Virus record (IMG/VR): IMGVR_UViG_3300025606_000003
Span: 1-64,000 of that record
DNA length: 64,000 bases
Reading direction: 5' to 3' (one strand)
From: a virus
Lineage: Duplodnaviria; Caudoviricetes
In this document: piece after piece, positions 38,509-47,868 of the stretch
How the letters are laid out: the number at the start of each line of letters is the position of its first letter
How positions within the stretch are numbered: position 1 is the stretch's first letter
Notes under the pieces: generated by a model
Database searches by the model: none
What the model was told of the DNA's origin: nothing
What the model saw: the letters and a program-made list of their open reading frames with translations, nothing else
Position numbers and translations under genes: made by a program

Positions 38509-39861
38509 TTATCGGTTGACGAGTTCCAGAACGTGCTGCTTCATGATGTCCCGCAGTTCGCGCGAACGCTTGGTGCGGGCTTCCTTGACCTGGAACTTGC
38601 CGCTCCGCTTGAAGTTGACAACAGCAGCGCCAATGGCGTGCAGATCGTTCGCGGCAGCCATCTTCGGGGCCATTTCGGGGCCGCCCATGCCAGCAGCAGC
38701 ACCGCCGGCCATTTCAGCGCCGCCCATGCCGGCCGCGCCGCCACCGGCCGCAGCGCCCCCATGCGAGTGCAGGGCTTGGAGCAGCGCCTCGGGCGGAATG
38801 CCGAGCTCTTCCAGCGCCATCGCAAGCTCCTGTACAGCCTCGTCAGGCGACGGCGACCCGCCACCCATGCCGCCCATGTCGCCACCCATGCCGCCGCCCA
38901 TGCCGCCGCCCATGGCTTCCGGGCCGGCGCCGGTCGCAGCCAGCTCTTCGCCGCCCGTGCCGCCGTCGGGGCTGGCGCCAGACTCGTCGTCGCCGGGGGC
39001 GCTGTGATCTTCACCCTCGGCCGCCTCATCCGACGGGTCAGACGCCGCGGTCTTGGCCGTCACGAAACCGATGAACAGGTCCGCCATCTCGTCGGCCTCG
39101 CGGAGCGTATTCGCGCAAACGTCGCGAACACCGGCTTCGGCCGCGGCCTTATCCATACCAATCGCAGCCGCAAGCTCGTAGCCGGCGCTAAAAGCTGCTT
39201 TTTTGTCGTTGCGCAGCGCGGCAAGATCAGAGCCTTCAATCTTGCCGTCACCGTCTACATCAAGCTTGTGCTGGCCGCCCTTAAGTTCGCCCTTAGACGA
39301 ATCTTTCTTTTTCGTCAAAAACTCAGGCGGAAGTCCAGCAATTTTTTCACCGTTGGAAACCGCGGCTGCGTTAAGCAGGTCGGCAAGAATCTCGTTACCA
39401 AGATTGTTGCATTTGGCGTGCGCCTGCTTGAACGTCACCGAGCTGTACTTCTCGCCATCGTTGGCCTTGGCGGGATGCGACGTGCCGGGGTCGTCCTTGG
39501 TGCCCTTGTAATCTTTCTCGGCGGCCGGATCCTCGCCAGTAGCGGCCACGTTGGCGCCAATGTTAAGTTGCACCTCGTCTTGCCGACCTTCTTGCGACAT
39601 CTCAGGCGTGTTGTCGACAGCAAGCGCGCCCTGCTGCTTCTTGATGTCGGCTTCATACTCACGCGCACGCTCGCCGGTCTCGGCCGACTGTACGCTGTTA
39701 TCGACATGCGCAGTCGGATGCGAGGAAGCGCCGACATACGTGCCGGGGTCCGCCGGAGTCGGCCCGGCCGACTTGGTCGACGCGGTCTTTACAGAGCCCT
39801 GCGAAATTTCCGCGGCGAGGGCGTTTAACTGCGCAAACAGAGAGCCTTGCATCCGTGCCAT
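38509..39861 (-). CDS. Capsid scaffolding protein
   Basis: Acidic, disordered, Gly/Met-rich, with many KxA motifs; follows the protease. Start at ATG 39861 (AGGAG SD). Confidence 0.6.
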   Translation of the reverse strand: MARMQGSLFAQLNALAAEISQGSVKTASTKSAGPTPADPGTYVGASSHPTAHVDNSVQSAETGERAREYEADIKKQQGALAVDNTPEMSQEGRQDEVQLNIGANVAATGEDPAAEKDYKGTKDDPGTSHPAKANDGEKYSSVTFKQAHAKCNNLGNEILADLLNAAAVSNGEKIAGLPPEFLTKKKDSSKGELKGGQHKLDVDGDGKIEGSDLAALRNDKKAAFSAGYELAAAIGMDKAAAEAGVRDVCANTLREADEMADLFIGFVTAKTAASDPSDEAAEGEDHSAPGDDESGASPDGGTGGEELAATGAGPEAMGGGMGGGMGGDMGGMGGGSPSPDEAVQELAMALEELGIPPEALLQALHSHGGAAAGGGAAGMGGAEMAGGAAAGMGGPEMAPKMAAANDLHAIGAAVVNFKRSGKFQVKEARTKRSRELRDIMKQHVLELVNR

Positions 39862-39903
39862 GATCGTCTCCTTGAGGCCCGCGCGGCAGCGCGCGGATTT
39901 CAT

Positions 39904-41364
39904 TCACGTGACATAATTTTGCAGAACACAATGGTTTGCTGTCAACAAGCAATTTCCATATTTCTTTGTAAAAGCGGCAAAAGCAGCAAGTTTATACAAA
40001 GCGTACTGTTGCGCAAGGGCCGCAGCCGCAGTATTTGAAGCCGTCTTTTCTTTTACCAATTCGGTGATCGGCGCGTTACGAAGAGCCGCGAGATAAGCTC
40101 GCGTCTCAACATCGTTCGGGCGTGCGCTATGTGTATGTGCTACTTTTTCGGCCCACACGCGCGTTTTAGGCGCGGCCGCAGCGGCCGGAAAATACGCGTT
40201 ACCATCAAGTGTAGCAATTATGTCTGGGTCACTGGAAAGTTTTGTAAAAATTCCGTCCAAATTTGTGGCCACCGCTCGCGTCATTTCGGTGTTAGCGGCT
40301 TTCAGGGTAAGAGCCAAAAATTCACGGACCGGCAAAATGACCCCGGCATCAGCAAGCGCGCAGCACACCTCAGCCAGTTTGACGGTATCGCAGAAGTTGA
40401 AATCAATCGCCGGCTGTACAACTGGTGACGCCGCCAGCGCTGTCTGTGTCCAGCCGGATGAGTTGTGCGCAGCCGCGGCTTCAGCAGTGGCCAGCAATTC
40501 AAGCGCTGCCAGCTGCGCGGCGACTTTACGCGAAATGCCGTCTTCGATATCAAACCCAACCGGCGCTGTGACGCCTAATTGCTCAGCCAGTGCAGCGCCA
40601 GAAAGAAGTCCTGCGGATGCGGCTTTCTCGAGCCGGCCAGAGATATAGGCGATTCTGTCGGCCGGCCGAAATACGTGCGAAATATCGAAAAACGTCGGGT
40701 CTGGATTGTCTGCGTGCAGGATGTGGCCGTCTTCAAGCACGCGACCCAGGTTTCGTTTCAAGCCGCCAGCCTTGCAGTGTCCGCCGTTCTCTGACGCGTC
40801 GCAATACTCAGCGCGAGTTCGGGCTTTGTTGCCGCAAGAGCTGCACTTATCAAACGGGATTTTGCAGGCCATCGATACGCCAATGTCGTCGCCCTTAGCC
40901 AGCTTTTCCATCTCTTTGTCGGCGAGCAGCCCGCCGTTGCGCGCGGCAACTTCTTTGCTGCCGTTCAGCGCGCACACAAGCTCGATACGCTTCATCGGCT
41001 CGTTGTAAGCAGCGACTTTGACGACGCCGTAGCTTTTGGCCGGATTCTTGTTGAGATGGTCGCGGTAGAACTTGGCGAACTTCTCGAACGTGTGGTTGTA
41101 CTTCTGGCAGCACGCGCGGGTAAACCCGTCGGCGTTGCGGTTGGGGCCGTAATCTTCTGTAGCGCCGATAGCAATCAAGTGCACAGGGATTTCGTCCGCT
41201 GCAAATTTTACGCGCGTGAGCTTGTCGGCAAACTCGTGGCCGGCGCGCTTCACGAACGCTTCTTTGTCGGCGCCCAACAGGCCGCGCGAAGAAATCTTGA
41301 TCAGCGCGGCGACAGGCTCGCTGAAATCTTGCGCGTTCGGCTGAATGACTTTGATCATGCTCAT
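39904..41364 (-). CDS. Prohead (maturation) protease, HK97/herpes-assemblin fold, with Cys insert
   Basis: NRNADGF, YRDH (His), GVSM (Ser) and FFDISHVFRPAD match the prohead protease pattern; CSSC...C...HC insert. Confidence 0.75.
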   Translation of the reverse strand: MSMIKVIQPNAQDFSEPVAALIKISSRGLLGADKEAFVKRAGHEFADKLTRVKFAADEIPVHLIAIGATEDYGPNRNADGFTRACCQKYNHTFEKFAKFYRDHLNKNPAKSYGVVKVAAYNEPMKRIELVCALNGSKEVAARNGGLLADKEMEKLAKGDDIGVSMACKIPFDKCSSCGNKARTRAEYCDASENGGHCKAGGLKRNLGRVLEDGHILHADNPDPTFFDISHVFRPADRIAYISGRLEKAASAGLLSGAALAEQLGVTAPVGFDIEDGISRKVAAQLAALELLATAEAAAAHNSSGWTQTALAASPVVQPAIDFNFCDTVKLAEVCCALADAGVILPVREFLALTLKAANTEMTRAVATNLDGIFTKLSSDPDIIATLDGNAYFPAAAAAPKTRVWAEKVAHTHSARPNDVETRAYLAALRNAPITELVKEKTASNTAAAALAQQYALYKLAAFAAFTKKYGNCLLTANHCVLQNYVT

Positions 41365-41375
41365 GGTATAGGTAC

Positions 41376-42455
41376 TCAGCGGCCCGTCCCGCCCGTAGGC
41401 GGTCGCCAGGTATTGCCGGCCGGCCTTTTTGCCGGAGTTTCGAAAAACGACCCTGCGGCGTTGATCTGATCAGCAAAGCGTGTGCCGATACGGTTGCCGA
41501 GATTGCGCGAGGCTTGAAATACCGGCCGCGTGTATGGCGTGTGCCGGCGCTCAGCGTTCCACGTAGCTTTGGCCGCGTCTGAAATTACACCAGGCGCTTT
41601 TTCAACTGCGCTGTTAAGCGCATCCACACCCGCTAAAGCGCCGTCTGCCGTGTTTTTTGCGACAATGCCGGCGAGCTGCCCCGCAGTGCGGCCGGCGGTA
41701 AGCGTATTTTTTACACCAGTACTTGTAGCGTTAACGTACGGTGCAACTGCTGTGCCCACCGCGTCACCAATTTGTTTTACAGGCTCCGTGCTGTTTCGAT
41801 CAGCATTGATAATCGCTTTCAGCACGTCAGACCGCCCGTCCGGGGTTGAAAGCCCTCGTACCACTTCACCCGCCGGTGTTTTATCAAGCCCCTGCCAAGT
41901 GTAAGGATCTTGCACAGCCTCATACATACGCCGCGCGCTTTCAATCGGGTGATTCATCGCGACCATCACCTTGCGCCCGTAATCTGCGGTGCCCGCCGGG
42001 AGCCAGCCGGACTGGTTGCTATCGGGGTTCTTCGGCATGGACGGCCCAAACGTTTCTACAAATGCCGGATTATCCTCGCCGACCCGTTTTCCAAGACGCG
42101 ATAATTGATCTTGAACCATGCCGAGGACGCCACGGTTGTCGTCACCGGAGTCTTTTTTGTCGTGATTTTCTTGCATCCAATTAATCATTGGCGTCAGGCC
42201 CGCGCCACCGAGACCGCCCACCATGCCGTATGTCAGCGCATTGCGCAGCTTGTTGCGCCGTTGGACTAAACCAACAAGACCGCCGGCACCCGCGCCAATA
42301 AGCGCATTACGCGCGTACGGGTCGGCTAAATACTGCTGCAAGCGAGCGCCCAGTTGCGCTGTATCCAGTGCGCTTTTTTCGCTACCGGGTTGTTGACCGG
42401 TGACAGCGAAAACAGCCAGCGCGTGAGCAACTTTTTCCATTTCTTGCTTAGTCAT
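41376..42455 (-). CDS. Glycine-zipper protein (putative internal/ejection protein)
   Basis: ALIGAGAGGLVG and GMVGGLGGAGL; KVA and KSA at the N-terminus. Confidence 0.5.
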   Translation of the reverse strand: MTKQEMEKVAHALAVFAVTGQQPGSEKSALDTAQLGARLQQYLADPYARNALIGAGAGGLVGLVQRRNKLRNALTYGMVGGLGGAGLTPMINWMQENHDKKDSGDDNRGVLGMVQDQLSRLGKRVGEDNPAFVETFGPSMPKNPDSNQSGWLPAGTADYGRKVMVAMNHPIESARRMYEAVQDPYTWQGLDKTPAGEVVRGLSTPDGRSDVLKAIINADRNSTEPVKQIGDAVGTAVAPYVNATSTGVKNTLTAGRTAGQLAGIVAKNTADGALAGVDALNSAVEKAPGVISDAAKATWNAERRHTPYTRPVFQASRNLGNRIGTRFADQINAAGSFFETPAKRPAGNTWRPPTGGTGR

Positions 42456-42464
42456 GGCGCGCCC

Positions 42465-43901
42465 TTACAGCAAATCTCGTTCGGTCTTCATCGTGTCCAT
42501 GCGGGCTTTCTCAGTCTCAGCTTTGGCCTTTTCCATATCAACGAGCTGTTTGATATCAAAGTCAGCCAGCTGCCCCGACTCAAGCCGCTTGCGCAGAAGT
42601 GCCTGCATTGTACCGGGAGACGAAACAAAATGCGGCGCTACGTCTGACAGATCGTTAAACGCGCTCGCAATTTCGTGCGGGTCGTAACCAGAGATTACCT
42701 GATCATTGAGCATCAGATCGTGCAGCACGCCCTGCGCCCGAATGTTGCGTAGTTCTGTTTCGTGGCTGGGGTCTGTCAGCTTGCCGTACGACTTGTTTAC
42801 CAGTTCTTTTGGCGACTGGCTCTCAGCCATACGTTTTGCAACGTTTGTAGCTGTGCCGAGGCCGCTAAGACCAAAAAGATTACCGGACGGCGGCGGCGGC
42901 GCAGGAGGGCGGTTTTTCCCGCCGCCACCTGAACGCCCGGCGCCGGACGGCGGCGGCGGCGCAGGAGGGCGGTTTTTCCCGCCGCCACCTGAACGCCCGG
43001 CGCCGGCTGGCGCAGCTGTCTTCAATGTCAGCGGCTCGTTAGCGGGGTTATACAGAATGGATTCTGTAAGAATTTCTGGTGCTTCTTTCTTAATCGCCGC
43101 TTGCTTGACGGGCACCTTGGCCTGCGCCTCGTTGTAAGCCTCCAGCGCGTTGAGCACGTTGGCCGCCAGCTTGCAGGGCTCGCAGTCGCCAATAAACACT
43201 TCTTTGGTGGCAGCCTGCTTGGTCAGATGCGGGTACACGTTGGCCAGCTTGTTGAGCACAGCGGCCCCCTCGTCGCCCAGACGGAGCTCCGTCTCGCGTA
43301 CGGCGTCCTTGAAGCTCATGTTGCCCGGGCGGCGGAAATACTCGTGCAGCTCCTCCATCGCGGCAGCAGCCTTCGAGTAGGCCACAGTCGCTTGGCGGCG
43401 CAGCTCCTCGGCAGCCAGTTCAGCCGCGCGCTTTTCGCTGGCAGCCCGCCGGACAGCCGCTTCGGGATCCCGGGGCGGCGGAGTCCAGGTTTTTTCGGGC
43501 AAAGATATCTTTGCGGCCGCGGCTTTGGTCAGCGCTGACTGCCGCCGAGCAATCAGATCACGCACCGGAATGGTGTACTCGGCCGAAACCACGTGCTGCT
43601 GCGAGATCTCAGCCGAAGTTTTTACCGCCTTCGGGTACAACCGGTCCATGACGGTATTGGCGTCAGCAATCGGAAAATCAGCGGCCTTGTCGAGCGTATT
43701 CTCGCCCTGCTCGCGCTGTTTGGTTGTTCGGCCCGTGTTATACGCGTGAACCATGAGATTCACGTGCCCGGCCGGAACATTCGACTCAGAGGCGCTTTTT
43801 ACGATTGCGTCGTCGGGCGCCATGCCGTTATTCACGTAGCCAGCCGCGCGCTCGATGGCAGCGATCAGTTTTTGCTCGGCCTCTTTAGTCAGTGGGCGCA
43901 T
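42465..43901 (-). CDS. Hypothetical head protein rich in KxA motifs
   Basis: 478 aa; about 13 KxA motifs counted by eye. Confidence 0.6.
   Translation of the reverse strand: MRPLTKEAEQKLIAAIERAAGYVNNGMAPDDAIVKSASESNVPAGHVNLMVHAYNTGRTTKQREQGENTLDKAADFPIADANTVMDRLYPKAVKTSAEISQQHVVSAEYTIPVRDLIARRQSALTKAAAAKISLPEKTWTPPPRDPEAAVRRAASEKRAAELAAEELRRQATVAYSKAAAAMEELHEYFRRPGNMSFKDAVRETELRLGDEGAAVLNKLANVYPHLTKQAATKEVFIGDCEPCKLAANVLNALEAYNEAQAKVPVKQAAIKKEAPEILTESILYNPANEPLTLKTAAPAGAGRSGGGGKNRPPAPPPPSGAGRSGGGGKNRPPAPPPPSGNLFGLSGLGTATNVAKRMAESQSPKELVNKSYGKLTDPSHETELRNIRAQGVLHDLMLNDQVISGYDPHEIASAFNDLSDVAPHFVSSPGTMQALLRKRLESGQLADFDIKQLVDMEKAKAETEKARMDTMKTERDLL
42883..43006. repeat. Exact 60-bp tandem duplication (GAGRSGGGGKNRPPAPPPPS x2)
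   Basis: Identical sequence at a 60-nt offset. Confidence 0.95.
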
Positions 43902-43903
43902 TG

Positions 43904-44833
43904 CTATTCTCCGGGAAAACGCAGCTTTTCAATGTCTTGTTGGTTATCTAGTTTACCGCCGGCGGCGAGCAGCATCAGCTCGGCGCTGCTTAATTCTGCT
44001 GCACTGTCATCGTAAGGTAACATTTTCGCGTCTACGGAATCCAGTTTTGTCCCAACTTTGAACGGGAGCGCGGCCATCATGGCGCCGATATTCTCGACAA
44101 TCGTGGAGTGCGCTTTCCCGGCATTTTCACTGTTCTTCTCGATTTCCACATACTTTACAAAGCTCTCGATCAGCGCAATTTGAGTATGCGTGTTGATCGG
44201 GATCGTGAGCGTGGCGATGGCGGCTTTGTGCTTTACTGTGTTGACGGCAAATTCCTGGAAGAACGTACCAACACCGGACGCGTTGGTCGGCTTGTCGATT
44301 GGCGAAAACTTGGAAATCACGGCGTCGAGGACATGGCTGCCGCCGTGGTAGCCAAACAATTTCCAAAGCAGGTCGTACTGCCGTTCTGTTAACCCGCGTG
44401 TGACCGCGTCGGCCATCACCACGTTGACGATGTAGTCGCGGTTGGCCAGCATTTCCCGAACGTTAAAAAACACAGCTTCGTAGGCCTGAACAATTTCTTC
44501 GTCTACGCCCAAACGAGCAGCGATTTGCTTGTCGCTTTCTCCAGCGAGCACGCGGGCTTCGATGGCCCAGCGTGTCGGCGCCTTGTCTTCTAGCCAAAGC
44601 GAGTGCGCCCAAAACAGCGCGCGGTCTTGCTGCAACAGTCGGTACAAAATGTCTGGTCGGTTGTTGGCCTGCTCGAACCGCCGTTTCAGCCGAGACGCGC
44701 GGCGAATCCACGCAAAACCCTCTTCGCCGTCGCGGGCGCGGGACGGCCTGGGTCCGGCGGCGTCGATCTGCACAGCCCGCAGCCAGCGCCAGTTCGGGGC
44801 ACGGCGGGGGCTATCACGTAATTCGTGGAACAT
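43904..44833 (-). CDS. HTH-containing protein (possible small terminase or regulator)
   Basis: ESDKQIAARLGVDEEIVQAYE HTH-like segment. Start at ATG 44833. Confidence 0.5.
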   Translation of the reverse strand: MFHELRDSPRRAPNWRWLRAVQIDAAGPRPSRARDGEEGFAWIRRASRLKRRFEQANNRPDILYRLLQQDRALFWAHSLWLEDKAPTRWAIEARVLAGESDKQIAARLGVDEEIVQAYEAVFFNVREMLANRDYIVNVVMADAVTRGLTERQYDLLWKLFGYHGGSHVLDAVISKFSPIDKPTNASGVGTFFQEFAVNTVKHKAAIATLTIPINTHTQIALIESFVKYVEIEKNSENAGKAHSTIVENIGAMMAALPFKVGTKLDSVDAKMLPYDDSAAELSSAELMLLAAGGKLDNQQDIEKLRFPGE

Positions 44834-44860
44834 GTTTACAGTTTCATTACAGCACAATTA

Positions 44861-45649
44861 TTACGGCACGTTCTGATCAACAAACCCGAAACAGAGCGTG
44901 CAGTAATACTCGGCGGAACCGTAGTTGAACGTCACACTACTCATTGTGCCGTCGATGCGAATGATGTTAAACCCTTCTTCGCCGACAAATTGCGTGTACT
45001 GCGTAGGGCTTACTTGATTTAGATATGTCGTTTGTGTGCCGGAGACAATGCCGTTTGAAGACCAAATTGGTGTAAACGGTTTTGGCGCGCCAACTTCATC
45101 AAGCACTATTACAGGAACCTGCAAGCCCTGCTGGCCGACACTCGCAAATGCGACCAAAGCATCTGTAACGGGCTGGCTAAACACTGCGGTAAATACCCCG
45201 GTTTGCGTATTTGCAATTTGATTACCTGTAGTCGGCACACCGTATTCTGCGGGAAATAGCGCGGCCCCGACCATGCCGGTATGCAAGAACATACCGCCAC
45301 CGCTTTGAGTAATTGCAACCGTGATGTTGTTCTGGCCGATTCCAGCCGCCGTAGTGGAAGCTACGCTAAGCATTCTCATCCACTTAAAACCAGAATCGCC
45401 AGTGCACGAAAAGTCATCGCAAGTTGCTAGCGGATTGTAATTGTCGGCAATGGGGTTTGTGCAGCCATAAACGCATGAAATACACGAGCCGTCGTCGCAC
45501 GTTGCGTTGGGGTTGTAGTTAAGGGCGGTGTTGTTCGTGCAGCCATAAACGCACGGCCACACCAATGTGCTGCCTAGATAAATTTTGCTCGCAGGCTGTG
45601 CGCCAACGGCGGCCGCAGCTAGGTTGAAAGCGCCCCGATAAATACTCAC
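44861..45649 (-). CDS. Fibre-associated protein with two GCTNxxAxNYNPxATCDDxSC repeats
   Basis: N-terminal KIYLGSTLVW; two Cys-rich repeats. Confidence 0.65.
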   Translation of the reverse strand: MSIYRGAFNLAAAAVGAQPASKIYLGSTLVWPCVYGCTNNTALNYNPNATCDDGSCISCVYGCTNPIADNYNPLATCDDFSCTGDSGFKWMRMLSVASTTAAGIGQNNITVAITQSGGGMFLHTGMVGAALFPAEYGVPTTGNQIANTQTGVFTAVFSQPVTDALVAFASVGQQGLQVPVIVLDEVGAPKPFTPIWSSNGIVSGTQTTYLNQVSPTQYTQFVGEEGFNIIRIDGTMSSVTFNYGSAEYYCTLCFGFVDQNVP

Positions 45650-47415
45650 GTAATCACGTACAGTGTGTTGGGGTCTTTCGACGCGATCGCGTCGTAATCG
45701 GTCTGAGAGATCGCCATGCAGTTCGTAATCCGGGTTGCGCCATTGACGCCATCCACGACGCTTGTGATGCCCGCCGAACGCTGGAACGTTTCATCCGTAA
45801 ACGTCACACCGCCGCCAGATATTGCAGTCGTGTCCGCGCCGTCAGATACATGAAACGGTGAGTCACAGTAGATCGGATACGTAATATTGCCGCGCCACGA
45901 CCGCAGCCGACCGCCCTGCCAGTTGAATTCGTATCCAACAGCGCAAATCAAACTGATACCATTTGCGCCGCCAGTGTCATTACCGAACGACCCCATAACG
46001 AGCTGCGTGAAGTTCGGCAGCATCATGCCAATGCCGCTGATTTGAGCTGTGCCGCCACCCGCGACAACAGCGAACCCGCCGCCGTAGTTGGGCAGAAAAT
46101 CCGCTCCGTTGCTGCCGCTACCTTCGTTGCCGTTTGGGGCTGACGCACTTACCGGCACCCAACCCGTTGTAGGAAATACGTACGGGTTGCTGGAAGGATT
46201 CGTGAAGTATGTTCGCGGCCAATCCGCGCCGGAGCAGAGACGCCAATAATTCACTGGCGGGTCTGTCGCGCCATCGTCGTCCGGGTCAGTGCCCCATCCA
46301 GTGCGATTACCCGGAGCGAGGAAAAAAGCCACGCCGTTCAACAACGCGTCGTTTTGTACTAAATAGTAGTTGTGAGTACCGGGTTCAGGCGTGTGCATTC
46401 CGTCGTTCGCCCAACCGGTTGGCCGGACGGCAACAGCGGTTCGCACATAGGTGCCATTCATGTCTGACCACTGAGTTCCGCCGGGGCCGCCCCACGCCGG
46501 AACTGGACTGATATAACCCTCGCCAGCATTGGTGATGCCGCTTACGACCACTGACGAAGTAAGCGTGACGTTGTTGAATGTCACGTTGTCGTGCGTATTC
46601 AGGTCTTGGTCAAACGGGTTGCCCCCACTACCACCGCCGCCGCTACTGACCTCTACCGCGCTCGTGTCTGCAAGTCCGGCGTACAGTTTGTTTTCTTCTT
46701 CGTCGTACAGCATCTCGCCCGGCTGCACGTTGATCGGCGTCGGGTTTTCGGCGCTGACGATTTCACGGCGGCGGTGCGGGAAGTGCAACGCACGGAAAAC
46801 GCGCGTACCGGTCTCAACCGGGCCTTCGCTGATTTGAAGATATGTGAAATAAGATTTCTCGCCGCCTACAACGTCTGTATCAAGGTCGGCGTGGAAACCA
46901 ATACGGTACGCGCCAGCAGAGAGCCGCTCGTTGGTAAGCGTAAGCGTGTCGACCGGAGAGCCGGTTGCGCTAGCGCCATCAAACAATTCGTGCGTAATGG
47001 TTTCCGCAACCGGGTTATAAGTCACGCGCGCTGTGTACGTATCGCCAGTGGTAAGTTCATATTGCGAATTAACATTGTTTTCTTCTTGCCCGTTAATTTC
47101 TGGGTCGCCGCAATTGTACTGAACTGCAATACGTGAAGTGTTATCGCCCCAACTCCAGTACGGTTCAACGTCGGCTTTGAAAAAACAAATGCCCTGATCG
47201 GGGCAGCCGTCGTCTACGTCAGCGTGCACAAAGGTGTAAATAATTACGACAGTCGTTTCGCCGTCGATGTCGTAGTTAGTGCGTACCGGGTACGGCGCCA
47301 ACGACGCGTTGCCCGAGAACCACATGCCGGTGCTATCAAACCCAAATAATACGTCCGCGTCGGGGAACGTATCGAGCCAGAACGGCTGTGTGCGCAGATT
47401 GCTAGAAACACTCAT
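45646..47415 (-). CDS. Putative head fibre / carbohydrate-binding protein
   Basis: Lectin-like N-terminus; PGEMLYDEEENKLYAG, PFDQDLNT and C-terminal SQTDYDAIASKDPNTLYVI fibre motifs. Confidence 0.6.
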   Translation of the reverse strand: MSVSSNLRTQPFWLDTFPDADVLFGFDSTGMWFSGNASLAPYPVRTNYDIDGETTVVIIYTFVHADVDDGCPDQGICFFKADVEPYWSWGDNTSRIAVQYNCGDPEINGQEENNVNSQYELTTGDTYTARVTYNPVAETITHELFDGASATGSPVDTLTLTNERLSAGAYRIGFHADLDTDVVGGEKSYFTYLQISEGPVETGTRVFRALHFPHRRREIVSAENPTPINVQPGEMLYDEEENKLYAGLADTSAVEVSSGGGGSGGNPFDQDLNTHDNVTFNNVTLTSSVVVSGITNAGEGYISPVPAWGGPGGTQWSDMNGTYVRTAVAVRPTGWANDGMHTPEPGTHNYYLVQNDALLNGVAFFLAPGNRTGWGTDPDDDGATDPPVNYWRLCSGADWPRTYFTNPSSNPYVFPTTGWVPVSASAPNGNEGSGSNGADFLPNYGGGFAVVAGGGTAQISGIGMMLPNFTQLVMGSFGNDTGGANGISLICAVGYEFNWQGGRLRSWRGNITYPIYCDSPFHVSDGADTTAISGGGVTFTDETFQRSAGITSVVDGVNGATRITNCMAISQTDYDAIASKDPNTLYVIT

Positions 47416-47439
47416 GCCGGTACTCCCTGTGTAAGCGGT

Positions 47440-47859
47440 TCAGCGCAGCATCGGCGTCTCAACGGTCACGGTCAGCGCGAAGTCTTTGCTGCCCGTGCCA
47501 GACGGTTTGATCCACAGGTAAAGATATCTTTGGGGATTCGTCGGCGAGCCGTCACGGTTGATGTACGCCACATTGATATTGCTGTTTTCAGCGATATCTA
47601 CAACGTCCGGGTCTTCTACAACGTCGGCAAAATCAGACAAGCTCAACACGTGAAAAGACTCGGCCGGCAAAGACGCGTTGGGCTCTGTTTCCTGGTTGCT
47701 GGCATACAGATCGGCCTCGAAACCCGCCTTGGCGCCGGTGCGCTGCACGAGCTGATAGCCGCGCAGCACGCCACGGTGCGGCATCGAGATCGGGACGATT
47801 GTCTCCGCACCGCTCGCCGCCGAAAAAGCCTTCGTACCGGACCAGATAGTGCTAGCCAT
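47440..47859 (-). CDS. Hypothetical beta-rich protein
   Basis: 139-aa ORF in operon order. Confidence 0.55.
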   Translation of the reverse strand: MASTIWSGTKAFSAASGAETIVPISMPHRGVLRGYQLVQRTGAKAGFEADLYASNQETEPNASLPAESFHVLSLSDFADVVEDPDVVDIAENSNINVAYINRDGSPTNPQRYLYLWIKPSGTGSKDFALTVTVETPMLR

Positions 47860-47868
47860 TGCTCACCC

